From contig OZ024741.1 of NCBI GenBank assembly GCA_964016885.1, positions 33,914,001 through 33,978,000 of the forward strand: 64,000 bases of DNA, written 5' to 3'. The position numbers and the translations under genes were made by a program. The DNA is from Eledone cirrhosa. Its lineage: Eukaryota. Shown in pieces: positions 37,895 to 50,364 of the stretch (the stretch's first letter is position 1; the number at the start of each line of letters is the position of its first letter). The notes below the pieces were generated by a model. The model was given only the letters and a program-made list of their open reading frames with translations, was not told the DNA's origin and did no database searches.

Positions 37895-38092
37895 AATAAT
37901 TGTTTCTACTTTTGGCACAAGGCCAGCAATTATCCCAGTGTATTACTGGTACTTTATTTTATTTTATCGACCCTGTAAGGATGAAAAGCAAAGTTAACCT
38001 CGTCAGGATTTGAACTCAGATCATAAAGGGGCGTAACTCTATACTGCAAAGCATGGCGCCCGACCTTCTACCGATACTGCCAATCCACCGCC
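37895..38092 (-). mobile_element. SINE family A
   Basis: Full length; ends CTGCCAATCCACCGCC on the plus strand. Confidence 0.9.
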
Positions 38093-38814
38093 CTAATCAA
38101 CAACAGCAATAATAATGATTAATTGTGAAGAGATAGCACAAATTAACTGTAACAGAAATAATGTCACTCCTTCATTTGAAAGGAAAATATGGCACCAATC
38201 TATTTATAGATTATTGCAGCTCACCTTCACCAGGGCAAAATAAGCAGTATGACTTACACAACAACAACATTAACAGCTGCAATAGCATCCACCACCATTT
38301 CTAACAGCAGCACCACCACCATTTCTAGCAACAGCACCACCACCACAGAAACATTTGAAAAAAGTAACAATTTCAAACACCTTTCTCAAGCCCACCATTG
38401 CTAGCACTGCTACCAACACCAGCACAATCACAGCTTCAATGATAGCTGTAACAGGCAGCAACAGCAATAGAAACAACAACAACAACAGCTAAAAGGTCAG
38501 GAAGGGGTTTTTAGCCTTGGTTTGTGACCTTCCATGTGGTGGTGTATACAATAAAAACACTGGTAGTGGCACAACCTCATAAATGCATATTTCATGAAAA
38601 TGACTGAGACAAGAAATATGGATTCAAATTGTTATAGTGGTGGAACTCTATATAAGAGCCTGTTGGAGGCAATTGGAGGTGAAGTTGTCAGGCAGAGCAA
38701 GTGTATCAGGAATAGCTCACCTCAAAAGGTACATGTGTCCACAAGTCCTCATCATGCAACTGTACCACAAAATGAACCACAGGTTTATAACTGCAGAAAA
38801 GTAAAACGACGCAA

Positions 38815-39420
38815 TGAAACCAGAGGTAGAAGAAAATGGAGCAAAGAAGATAATAAAATCACAACCAAGTGTCATATGAGGGAGGAGCATGTAGTGTGGG
38901 TGAATGGGTGCTTCAGCATTGGAGAAGATGTGGAATGTTTGAAATCAGTGTGAACAGTTTGATGGAACAGATAAGGAAAATTAGATGTAGTAATTGGCTC
39001 ACCAAGGTTGAATTAAACTCTAGAAGTTAAAGTTCAAGGTATGAATGTTAATACTGAAGTTGTGATTGGGGAAAGTAGGAATCAGAGATGACAATGAAAA
39101 TGAATTGACTGAGGAAGAATTAGCCTACTAAGAGGGAAAATGATGAACCACTAAATGTGGGGAGAGTGGAAAATCATGTGACTGATGATGTGGTCCTTGA
39201 AAGTTTGAATGAAAATGAAGAAGAGAAAGAAACAAAATTGATTATCAAAAGATTAAGAGGTCCGTTTAATGATTCTGGATTCTATAAGATGTCGCTGAAT
39301 CTTCGGAATAGAGAGAAAAGTGGTTTAGCAAGTGAAACAGCCAAGGTAAACTATGCAATGATGTACATAGAAACCAATGGTATCACTGAGAAAGTTAATC
39401 AGCACTGCAGAGTTTCTGAT
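38815..39420 (+). mobile_element. Possible R4/Dong-like non-LTR element N-terminal relic
   Basis: RRKWSKEDNKITTKC followed by frameshifted ..W...GMFEISV.SLMEQIRKI..NWLTKVEL, resembling R4/Dong N-termini as I recall them; very decayed. Confidence 0.45.
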
Positions 39421-39429
39421 AGGTGAGCA

Positions 39430-39830
39430 ATTAAGTTGATTAAATTGACCCCAATGCATTACTGGTATTTTATTTTATCGACTTTTAAGGATGAAAGGCA
39501 TAGCTAACCTTGGCAGGATTTGAACTCAGAATGTAAAAGGTTAGGGCCATAACTCTGCCACAAAGCATGGTATTCGACGCTCTACCAATAAATAACAATA
39601 ATTATTATTATTTCTCTTTATTTTTTATTTTTATGTAATAATAATTTTCTACTTTAGGCACAAGGCCAGCAATTATCCCAATGCATTACTGGTACTTTAT
39701 TTTATCGACCCCGTAAGAATGAAAGGCAAAGTTAACCTTGGCGGGATTTGAACTCAGAATGGCAAGGGCCGTAACGCTATGCGTCAAAGCATGGTGTCCA
39801 ATCCTCTACCGATACTGCCAATCCACCGCC
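39430..39830 (-). mobile_element. Two tandem SINE family A copies
   Basis: 39430-39590 and 39640-39830 match the family A consensus. Confidence 0.85.
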
Positions 39831-40411
39831 ATAATAATAATAATAATAATAACAATAATAATAATTTCTATAAAGTATTATATAACAGTAGTGTTGGTGT
39901 AAATATAATCAGAACTGTTAACTCACCTGAATGTTTGGACTGGTGTGGTGTTGATTGCATCTTATGCAGGCATTTGCTGCAAAGAGATAACTTGGCTGTA
40001 ATGTGGGTGGTGGGTGGTAGACAGTGGGGTGGGAGAGAGAGGGGGGACATAAGATATTAGACAACCGTTTATCTCACTGCACACTGCATTAACCATCAAA
40101 GATAACATAATGGTACATCTAAGTGCATGGCTTTTACAGTCTGTTTTTCTTTATGTATATTAATCTGTCTGTATGGTCTGTGTTCATATATATCTCTATA
40201 TATATATATATATATATATCCAAAGTATATATATGTATCTCCAAAGTACAAATATATTAAAATATATGTAACTATATATATATATAGTTGTATATATATA
40301 TAGTTTTATATGTATATATATAGTTGTATACATATATATATATGTGTGTATGCATATTATATAATTACAAGTAGATAATGTTTAGTGTGTTTAAGAACAT
40401 ATTCTTGTGTC

Positions 40412-40472
<61 letters not shown>

Positions 40473-40670
40473 CATGTGTGTGTGTAATATATATTTATCT
40501 ATACACACATATGCACACATAAATGTTTATGTTTATAAATGAGAGGAATAAGTAAAAAATATAGTATTTATGTATTTATCTTAAAGCTTAAGCTTCACAT
40601 AATTGTGAATGTTTAGTTTAAAACTGCAAAGCAGAAGTAAAACGATGATGATACATAGATGTGTGTGGTT

Positions 40671-40701
<31 letters not shown>

Positions 40702-40999
40702 GGTGTGTGGTTTGTGTGTGTGAGTGTGTGTGTGTGGTGTGTGGTTTGTGTGTGTTTGATCTAGCATCCATAGCTTACAGTTTCCTGTTCTAAAGTTTAT
40801 AGAATTAGGTTTATTACCAAGAAAACACAACTGAATATTAAATATATGAATTTGTAAAGCCCAAAGAATATCTACTCCAAATCATTCCTCCTGTCTTACT
40901 AAAAAGGAAGGCCATATTCAAACCTGAAATCCTTGATATACAATTTCTGGAAACAAGTCAAGGTAATCACTGACTGATGGAAAGTCTTTAACTCTTTTC

Positions 41000-41280
41000 A
41001 TATCAAACCACTCGAAACTGCCTCTGTTTTTTTTTTTTATAGCAAAGCTATTTATTTTGATCTCAAACCACCTGAAACTGTCTCTGTTTTTTTTTATAAC
41101 AAAGCTATTTATTTTGATCTCAAACCACCTGAAACTGTCTCTGTTTTCTGATAACAAAACTGTTTATTTTGATCTCAAACCACCTGAAACTGTCTCTGTT
41201 TTCTGATAACAAAACTGTTTATTTTGATGTTAAACCACCTGAAACTGCCTCTGGTTTTATGATACAAAGCTGTTTATTTT
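41000..41280. repeat. 55-60-bp tandem repeat, 5 units
   Basis: (C/T)AAACCAC.TGAAACTG.CTCTG recurs at 41004, 41064, 41121, 41176 and 41231. Confidence 0.9.
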
Positions 41281-41498
41281 AAAGAGTTTATATTTATCTA
41301 AAAGCTTTCCAACATAATTTTATGTAATAACCTTTGATATGTTCTAAACACCTAAACACCAACTCAATAGTTAGAAAGTTAGAGTAATAAATCCCTCCAA
41401 ATTCTTGATTATTTTCAAAATAGTTTGAATATTATATAGGCAGTGTATTTCATTAGAAATATGGTAAGGAAAGGTTTCTGAAATATATTTCTCTATAT

Positions 41499-41730
41499 CA
41501 GGGGTCAGCCAACTACAGCTCATGGGCCAAATCCAGCCAATAAACTTCATTGAATATTTGATGTTGCATATAAAAATACTTTGTTTTGGGTATCAATATT
41601 TGGTTAGAAACAATAGAATTCACAATTGCCCAAAATGTCACTTTTACAGAGCCCTCAAATAAATCAGTGTTTTATATTAATACAAAAAACAAAATGGTCT
41701 CTTCACTCAGTAAATATTTGAAAATTTGCT
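41499..41730. mobile_element. Degraded hAT (Charlie/MER5-like) MITE
   Basis: Left end CAGGGGTCAGCCAACTACAGCTCATGGGCCAAATCCAGCC; right end not clearly recognisable. Confidence 0.45.
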
Positions 41731-41801
41731 CTAGATGAGATTTTAAACAATATTTTCACTCTCTGAAATGACTAGAGCAAAAGAACATACTCTTGAGTCT
41801 C

Positions 41802-41853
<52 letters not shown>

Positions 41854-41919
41854 ACACACACAAATAACATACAATCTCTATATGTATAGATTTAGACAAG
41901 TCGATATGACTTATATTAT

Positions 41920-41950
<31 letters not shown>

Positions 41951-41960
41951 TATATATTAT

Positions 41961-42005
<45 letters not shown>

Positions 42006-42008
<3 letters not shown>

Positions 42009-42075
42009 TTGTTTAATGTTTACTTGTTCCGCTCATATATATATATGAGCGGAACAAGTAAACATTAAACAATCT
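42006..42075. repeat. Perfect 70-bp palindrome centred on (AT)n
   Basis: AGATTGTTTAATGTTTACTTGTTCCGCTCATATAT|ATATATGAGCGGAACAAGTAAACATTAAACAATCT. Confidence 0.95.
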
Positions 42076-42116
42076 TTTAAATAAATTAAAATACGATTTA
42101 AATATTTACCTCTTCT

Positions 42117-42149
<33 letters not shown>

Positions 42150-42153
<4 letters not shown>

Positions 42154-43382
42154 AACAAGTATGACCCCGACGGCTAATTCTGGACTAAATAAGAATTTTT
42201 AGCCTGGTAAATAAATAGCCGAACTTCTCAGGGGGTAATTCCATATATGGGAAGATAGTAATTGTCAAAAGGATTGGCCAAAAGTTTGTTGCAAAGACGA
42301 ATGATTCTATCATGGCATTAGTGGGAGGTAGGGGTGGCTGAACTTGCTGATAGAACAAAGAGGGAGTGGGGGAAACCCAGTCAAGCATTGAAAGTGAAAT
42401 CTATACGGCAGATTCTTAGGATAGTGTATAGAAGGTCGAAAAAAGTGTACTGGAGAAGGGGAGGGGGGAAGTTGAAAGAATAGGTAAATCGAAAGGGAGT
42501 AAACAAAAAAGCCATTATACAAATGAGGAAATAAATATATAAAAAGCAATTTCAGGTTACTACTCCATCCCCACAATTACCAAATCTCTCATTGGTATTG
42601 CTAAGCTATAGAAAAGTTTAATAGGTGGAGAAAAATACTAAATACAAGATTGTAGTGAAAGAATTTTATAAAGCCATCTTTACAGGGGGTCTAACACCAC
42701 TGCTATAGTTAGTAGTAATCAGCCAATGCTATCTTACAATGACAGGTTAATAAGTTGAGGACAAACATAATAAAAAACTAATACAAAATATTAATTCAGA
42801 ATACTAATACAAGAATACTAGTGCAAGAATACCACTAAGAAATTTAGAAATCACGGAAATGGAGCAGCCACCAGAAAGAAAGCAATTATCTGGGGTCTAA
42901 CACATCTGCTATAAAAGGCGTAATCGGCCAATTCTATCTTAAAATTAGGGGGTGGGGGTACTGAGGCTACAGAGGACGGATGTGCTGCATCGGGGTGGGC
43001 GAAAAGGTGGAAAAAAAAAAGACAAAGAATGAGATCTGGAGTGGAAGGACTAGGAAGAGATGGGGGGAAGAAGGAAATATAGAGGAAAAGATAAAAAAAA
43101 AAAAAAAAAGACAATCATCTGTCTTTGCAACAAAGCATCATGTCTTTACAACAAACTTTTGGCCAATCCTTTTGACAATTACTATCTTCCCATATATGGA
43201 ATTACCCCCTGAGAAGTTCGGCTATTTATTTACCAGGCTAAAAATTCTTATTTAGTCCAGAATTAGCCGTCGAAACGGCTTGAGTCTCTGCCGTCGGGGT
43301 CATACTTGTTCCTATTACCCACTCTACTACCCTAAGTATTGAGTACTTTTTGGCGTTATGGTCCATATGGTTTCCTTCGTTA
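42150..43382. mobile_element. Fold-back HHR-bearing Penelope-like non-coding element in (TA)n
   Basis: 42150-42305 is the reverse complement of ~43140-43315; the plus arm carries a full HHR fold and a 3' end shared with 53870-53955; (TA)n on both sides. Confidence 0.75.
43204..43300 (+). ncRNA. Type I hammerhead ribozyme fold with atypical core CUGAGAA
   Basis: ACCCC-CTGAGAA-G..CGGCTA...TAGCCG.C-GAAA-CGGC-ttgagtctct-GCCG-TC^GGGGT; 5-bp stems I and III; GUC cleavage triplet ending at 43295. Confidence 0.7.
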
Positions 43383-43401
43383 TATATATATATATATATA
43401 T

Positions 43402-44895
43402 ATCATCATCATCACCATTTTACGTCCGCTTTTCCCTGCTTGCAAGGGTGGGACGGGTCTTATTCAGCACAGCATCTCTCCACTCGTCACGGTCCTTCGT
43501 CATCTCCACCGTGAGCTTCAACGATCTGAGGTCTGTTCTCACCATCTCTGCCCATGTTTTTCGTGGTCTACTTCTACCACGTCTTCCTTCAACTGGCATT
43601 TCACCCATCGGTCATCCTCCATGCACATCACATGTCCATACCATCGCAGTCTCCTCTCCCGCACGCAACAATTTATCCCTCTCAGACACAGTTTCTCTCT
43701 CAACACATCCATATTCAGTCGTTCACGCACATTGACATTGCACATCCAACGGAGCATGCTTGCCTCATTTCTCTCCAGCTGTTGCATATCCTCTGCAGTT
43801 GCTGCTCATGTTTCACTACCATGCAGCATCGCTCTCCTCACACAGACATCATACAACCGGCCTTTTGTACGCAGGGAGAAACCATTCTTCGTCAGCAGAG
43901 GAAGCAGCTCCCTAAACTTCTTCCAACCCATCCTTATTCTAGATACTATGGCCTCGGAACACCCTCCTCCCATGCTAATCTGATCTCCTAGGTACCGGAA
44001 GCTATCCACCACTTCTATAGCACCCTCCTGCATTTGAAAAATGTGTCTATCAATGCAACTTCTACTGTCTAATTTCCCTGTACATCTACTGCATACATAT
44101 TTCTCCTTACCTGTTAGTTTGCCTGCTATCCCGCTACATCTCTTGTTTACCCAGGATCTGCATTGTGTGCATTTTCTAGAATTTATGCCAGTTCCTTTTC
44201 TGCATATCGAACATGGCCATTTCCCTGACGGAATCAGAGTTTTGTCCTCTTTTCTACTCATCAACACTTGTCTTAGCTAGGTTCACTCTCAGTCCTCTTT
44301 CTTCCAACTGCTGTTTCCATAGCCAGAATTTATTCTCTAGCTCCTCTACTGATTCTGCTATAAGAACCAGATCGTCAGCAAAGAGAAGTTCCCATGGGCA
44401 GCCAGTCTTAAACTCCTCTGTTATGGCTTGGAGGACTATAATGAACAAGAGCGGGCTGAGGACCGAACCTTGATCTACTCCTACTTGTATTTGGAATTCC
44501 TCACTAAACTCCATTCCTACCCTGACTTTACTGAGAGTACCTCTGTACAAAGTTTGCACTGTCCTCACAAGCCATTCCTCAACACCTACCTTCCTTAGGG
44601 ACCACCAGATGACAGATCGGTGTACCCTATCAAAGGCCTTCTCTAGGTCAACAAAGGCTAAGTATAGTGGTTTATTTTTCTCTAAGAACCTCTCTTGCAA
44701 TTGTCTCACAAGAAGAGGGCATCTGTTGTACTCTTCCCAGGCACAAAACCAAACTGCATCTCATCTAGTTTGACCCTTTCTCTAATTAGTTGTGCTAATA
44801 TCCTTTCTGTCACTTTCATAACCTGATCCATCAGTTTTATACCCCTATAATTGCTCCTCTCCAGAGCATCCCTTTTACCTTTGTAGCAATTTATG
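43402..44895 (-). mobile_element. RTE-clade LINE, 5'-truncated (RT, PHD-like finger, short 3' tail)
   Basis: NYRGIKL, QFGFVPGKSTTD, FVDLEKAFDRV, QGSVLSPLLF, LLFADDLVL, WPCSICRKG and RLRWYGHV, with frameshifts. Confidence 0.95.
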
Positions 44896-45109
44896 AGAAT
44901 ATATATATATATATGGCAGGCACTTCTCACCATTACTCTACCCACCACCACCACCACCATCCCTACTGTAAGTACTATTCTTCCCCACTACTCCTCCTCT
45001 GCCATCACCATTGTACCCCCCCCCCATTAACCTTCCATGTAACACTAAAGTTTCTCACTTATACAAGAAGAAACTACAGTTTTTTTTGCAAAACATCTAA
45101 AAATAGATG

Positions 45110-45545
45110 TGTGTGTGTGTGTGTGATTAGTGCATGTATGTGTGTGTGTGTGATTAGTGCATGTATGTGTGTGTGTGATTAGTGCATGTATGTGTGTGAG
45201 TGTGATGAGTGCATGTGAGTGTGTGTGTGTGTGATGAGTGCATGTGAGTATGTGTGTGTGTGATGTGTGTGTGTGATGAGTGCATGTGAGTATGTGTGTG
45301 TGTGATGTGTGTGTGTGATGAGTGCATGTGAGTATGTGTGTGTGTGATGAGTGCATGTCAGTATGTATGTGTGTGAGTGTGATGAGTGCATGTGAGTGTA
45401 TGTGTGTGTGATGAGTGCATGTGAGTATGTGTGTGTGATGAGTGCATGTGAGTATGTGTGTGTGATGAGTGCATGTGAGTATGTGTGTGTGTGATGAGTG
45501 CATGTGAGTATGTGTGTGATGTGTGTGTGTGATGAGTGCATGTAT
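45110..45545. repeat. (TG)n-based minisatellite GATGAGTGCATGTGAGTA(TG)n
   Basis: Directly visible. Confidence 0.9.
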
Positions 45546-45679
45546 GTCTTTAAAAAAATAGATTTTCTCTTCACAGCTTCTTCATACTACCACACCACTA
45601 CCACACTACCACCACCACACCGCTACCACTACTATACTACCACCCCCACAACACAACCACCACACCACCCCCACACTAC

Positions 45680-46110
45680 TACTATACCATCACCACTACC
45701 ACTACTGTACTACCACCACTACCACCTTCACAACACCACCACACTACTACTACTACCACTACTATACTACCACTATCACCTCCACAATACCACCACCACA
45801 CTACTACTATACCATCACCACTACCACTACTGTACTACCACCACTACCACCTTCACAACACCACCACACTACTACTACTACCACTACTATACTACCACTA
45901 TCACCTCCACAATACCACCACCACACTACTACTATACCATCACCACTACCACTACTGTACTACCACCACTACCACCTTCACAACACCACCACACTACTAC
46001 TACTACCACTACTATACTACCACTATCACCTCCACAATACCACCACCACACTACTACTATACCATCACCACTACCACTACTGTACTACCACCACTACCAC
46101 CTCCACAACA
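45680..46110. repeat. 125-bp CAC/TAC-rich tandem repeat (~3.5 units)
   Basis: Marker CTTCACAAC at 45726, 45851 and 45976; variant at 46101. Confidence 0.85.
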
Positions 46111-46699
46111 CCACTACTACCCAATCACCCCTACCACACCATCCCCACTCTTTGGAAACACTCAGTTGGACTGTCTATGACTTCTATTTTAAAATATTAG
46201 GTAGTAATAACAACAGCAACGACAACAACAATAAAATTCAATATTTTCCAAAATTTTGTTTAACTTCTGCACTGTCTTTCTCTTTAGTTATGTTGCACAT
46301 CCTCACACACACATACCCCCCCCCCCCACTCACACAGACATGTGCAGTTACTTGCAATGTATGTGGGGGGTATATACATATAATACATATAATATATATA
46401 TATATTAGCAGTTTTATAAAATTTAAATATTCACACACACACACGTACTTGTATATGCATGTACACAGGTGATTACCATATTTTTAAATATCTACACTAT
46501 CTCGAAACATATATTGAGTGCTATTCTGATTATTGGTTTTCCTGTTGACCTAACCATAGATGCACTGTAAAAGAGGTTGTTTTGGTTGAAGTATTGTGTA
46601 AAATGGAGAAAATAGTTACATTTGGGGAGGGTCATGTTGTCCTAAAATAGACAAAACTACTAAAACACACTGTTGGTTTGGTTTGGTTTTCACTTCAGT

Positions 46700-47185
46700 C
46701 ATCATCATCATCGTTTAACGTCCATTTTCCACGCTAGCATAGGTCTGGACGGGAATTGTCCCACTTGAGGCAAGATTGGTTGTCTTGCTCAGGACTGTCT
46801 GGCAGGTTTTCTACGGCTGGATGCCCTTCCTAACACCAACCACGTTTACAGTGTGGACTGGGAGATTTTTACCATGTTACCTACACGGCCACATTACAGC
46901 ATGGACTGTGTGTTTTTTTTGTCGTGACACCTACACAACCTCATTTATTTAGGACTGGATGTTGTGGTACCAACATAGCTTTACATCGAAAGGGGTGGTG
47001 TAGATGGCGGTGGGGGTAGGGTTATTAGGACGGGGGTGTATTTTGGTTAAGAGGTGCCTACTGACTGTAGGTTTCGCTTTGTACTTAGGTAAGGCGGGTC
47101 TTCTGTATTACTACGTAGCGCCAAAGATCTTGGTCCAGTGACATTGTCTTGGAGAGGTGTAAGTGTGTGAAGTCGTCCCAGGTTT
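46700..47185 (-). mobile_element. RTE LINE 3' end (same subfamily as 28184-30475)
   Basis: Matches 28184-28650, including the (CAT)n tail. Confidence 0.9.
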
Positions 47186-47270
47186 TATATTTAAATATTT
47201 TTATAAATAATTAGCTGGTAATCAGTGTTTATCATTGATAGACCAACAGTTAAAATATGAATATAATTTC

Positions 47271-47312
47271 TCAAAGTTCTTTCGTCACACATTTCTGTGA
47301 CTTCTTCAGTGA
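47271..47312 (-). ncRNA. Minimal type I hammerhead ribozyme
   Basis: Minus strand UCA-CUGAAGA-A-GUCACA-gaaaug-UGUGAC-GAAAG-aa-CUU^UGA; perfect 6-bp stem II. Confidence 0.6.
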
Positions 47313-47439
47313 TTGTCGCTATGTTTCCTCCCGTTCTGATTTTATAATGTTTTCTTTTTTGTTTGTTTCTGAATCTGCATGTGTTTGTGTTTATATTGTA
47401 TCTTTGGACACTGTTGTGTGTTTAAAATTTAAAATGGCT

Positions 47440-47609
47440 TTATCCAGAATTCTCTCACCCCTATGTATTCAAACTGGCTGCTCATTCTTATGTTAAGGCA
47501 TTGTTCCCAAAATAAATAATATAAAAATCTTGTAGATTTGATATTATGTGAGATAAAATGTTTACTATGAAAATACAATAGTAAATATAGAGTAATGTTA
47601 AAGGGTTAA
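47440..47609. mobile_element. piggyBac-like MITE partial copy
   Basis: CCAGAATTCTCTCACC...GAGTAATGTTAAAGGG-TTAA. Confidence 0.7.
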
Positions 47610-47748
47610 GGTCACCTCTGTTTCTCTCCCTCTCCAGCCTCTGGAAACAACATGAAGCTTGCCCCTACTCCCCATCTTCTGGAAACCTAGCTGGCCCCCA
47701 TCCCTCCTCCTCACTCTCAAAGGAGATGACACAAGATCAAGACCTCTG

Positions 47749-47938
47749 CGGTGGATTGGCAGTATCTGTAGAGGGTCGGACGCCATGCTTTGACTCATAG
47801 AATTACGGCCCTTGCCATTCTGAGTTCAAATCCCGCCGAGGTTAACTTTGTTTTTCATTCTTACGGGGGTCGATAAAATAAAGTACCAGTAATGCACTGG
47901 GTAATTGCTGGCCTTGTGCCAAAAGTAGAAACAATTAT
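47749..47938 (+). mobile_element. SINE family A
   Basis: Full-length match to the family A consensus. Confidence 0.9.
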
Positions 47939-48255
47939 GCTGTACTGCAGAAGACCTTGTTTCCCAACTCCACATCTTGAAACAAACATGTAGAGGACAC
48001 GAGTCTGCACCAGTCTCAGTCTCCCACCCCCTGTAAAGTGGTCGTGCTGGTGACATGACAAAAAAAAACCCAGTCCACCCTGCAAGGTCATTGGTGTTAG
48101 GAAGGGTATCCAGCTGTAGAAACCAAACCAAAATACAGATCTGATTGAGCAAGATGTGGTCACCTGACCTGTCTCATAATATGACAACCTGTCAGATTAT
48201 GCATGCGTGTAAATCTGGCCGTTAAACTTGGTTGATGATTGTATGTATGTATATG

Positions 48256-48327
<72 letters not shown>

Positions 48328-48392
48328 CACACACATATATATATGTATGCATGTTTATATATATGTGTATATATATATGTGTATATATATAT

Positions 48393-48785
48393 AGGTGTGG
48401 GGACTGCTGGAAAGCTTCCATTACTCATACTTCTCGCCCCCTTCACCACCTCTTCTACGGCTTCGATATAAATACCCCCTCCGCCTCCGTGGTATTTTCT
48501 TCGGGGTTATAAGAGGCTTAGCTCTGTTTCTCGACCGTTATATCGCGTGACTATCTCCCCCTCCGCCTTTTGGGATTCTTTCTCACGTCGTGTAGACGCG
48601 TTCTTGAGACTAGTAAAATGAGGTATCCTCTTGATAAGTCGGCAGACCTCGCAAGGACTCTATATCTTTATGATGTATTGTTTTTGTTTATGCCACGAAA
48701 CTACGTAGTCGAGGACTCTAGGAGCAGTTTAGGTATGATACATTTTATTACTAATTATATCTAAATGTTTCTTCTCTCTTCATAA
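48393..48785 (+). mobile_element. Solo ~390-bp CpG-rich HHR-bearing element inserted in a (TA)n/TATGTATGCATGTT minisatellite
   Basis: Unique GC/CpG-rich island between similar TA-rich flanks; TATAAAT at ~48467; HHR at 48626-48715. Confidence 0.7.
48626..48715 (+). ncRNA. Type I hammerhead ribozyme with U3-A8 compensatory core (UUGAUAA)
   Basis: TCCTC-TTGATAA-GT.GGCA...TGCC-AC-GAAAC-TACGTA-GTC^GAGGA; stem I is 5 bp; stem III is the palindrome ACTACGTAGT. Confidence 0.75.
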
Positions 48786-48897
48786 TGTGTATATATATAT
48801 ATATATGTATGCATGTTTATATATATGTGTATATATATATATATGTATGCATGTTTATATATATGTGTATATATATATATATATATGTATGCATGTT

Positions 48898-48928
<31 letters not shown>

Positions 48929-50364
48929 AAGATAAACACATATATATACATGTATTCTTTAGTTTGTTTTAGCCATCACAAATAAGGATGTTGGTGGAGT
49001 ACTGCATTTTGACACTCTTCTCCCATATACACGTGTGTGCATGTATGCACAGTTCATCTTAATATATGGTGAACTCTGGATTAAAACACTGATTAGTCAC
49101 AGTGTGTTAGGGTGAAGAGGGGTGGGTGGGTGGGGGGGGTGATTGTGAAAGCGAAAGTAGACAGTGTGTGTGGACAACATTTTAATTCAACCTAGAGGTC
49201 AAGAAGTTCACCTGCTACCACCACCTATTCCCTCTCTCTATAGCTATTACCTTCCTTCCTTCTCCTTTCATAACTTGATGTCTTCAAGCCACTGCCTCTT
49301 CCTTCTCTTCCCAGCACGCTTCACACCATTACACTCACTCCTTCCTCTATCTGTTCCACTCTGTTACACACCTCCACCACCTGGTAAATTACCCTCTCCC
49401 CACCTCTCTTAACCAGGCCTGTCTACCTTCACTTCCTTCATTTAGTGTGTATGCCCCAATAAATCCTGTAACCTTGCAGACAGCACCCAAACACACCACC
49501 ACCACCACCACCGGCACTAGCACCACCAACCACACACCAGCAGCACCTCTCACTCTCAACTGCACAGTACCACCATTACCACCACCACCACTACCAACAC
49601 TACTGGCACCTCTCACCACCAACCACACAGCACCCAAACACACACAACACCTACTCCCCCACCATAACCAGCACCACCATCTCCACCACTTCTACCACCA
49701 CCACTACCAGCACCAGCAACTCTCACCACCAGCCACCCTTACTGCCACCACCTTACACAGCACAACTCCAGTCTCCTCCACCAAGATTTATCTACCATCC
49801 CCCCCCCCCCCTCTCTCACTCCGCCTCCTTCCTACAATCTGCTCTGCCACCACCACCACCACTGTTGCTGCCTGTTGGAATGGTTCAATGTCACAATATT
49901 GACAACACCCTCCCCCACCATCAACCCTACCACCACCACCAATGCCCCCCCCACTCCTACCTATCACCAACACCACTCCTACTATCACCACCACCACCAC
50001 CACGACTCCCACAACCACCACCACTGCCACCACCACACCTACCACCACCACTCCTACCACCACCACCACTCTTACCTCCACTCCCACCACCACCACCACC
50101 ATCACCACTCTTCCCCCACCCCAGCACCCTCACTCAACTCACTTTCCAACTCTTGTTATTATTTTCATTCTTTGTTCTTCATTTTTTCTTCGTCCTGTTT
50201 CTTCATCTACCTTCTTATCTTATCTTGTGTTTTCTTTTTCTTCTTCATTGTGAAAGAGGAGCAAGGGGTTGCCATGGTGATATTGATTAAGATCCAACAG
50301 TCAATGTTGATAGACTTTAATGCTGATGTTGTTTACTACCAGAAAAATATTTTGAAGTCATATA

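Noticed and set aside
49147-49158. IRF/ISRE-like motif GAAAGCGAAAGT
   Set aside because: A single short motif with no promoter context; expected by chance in 64 kb.
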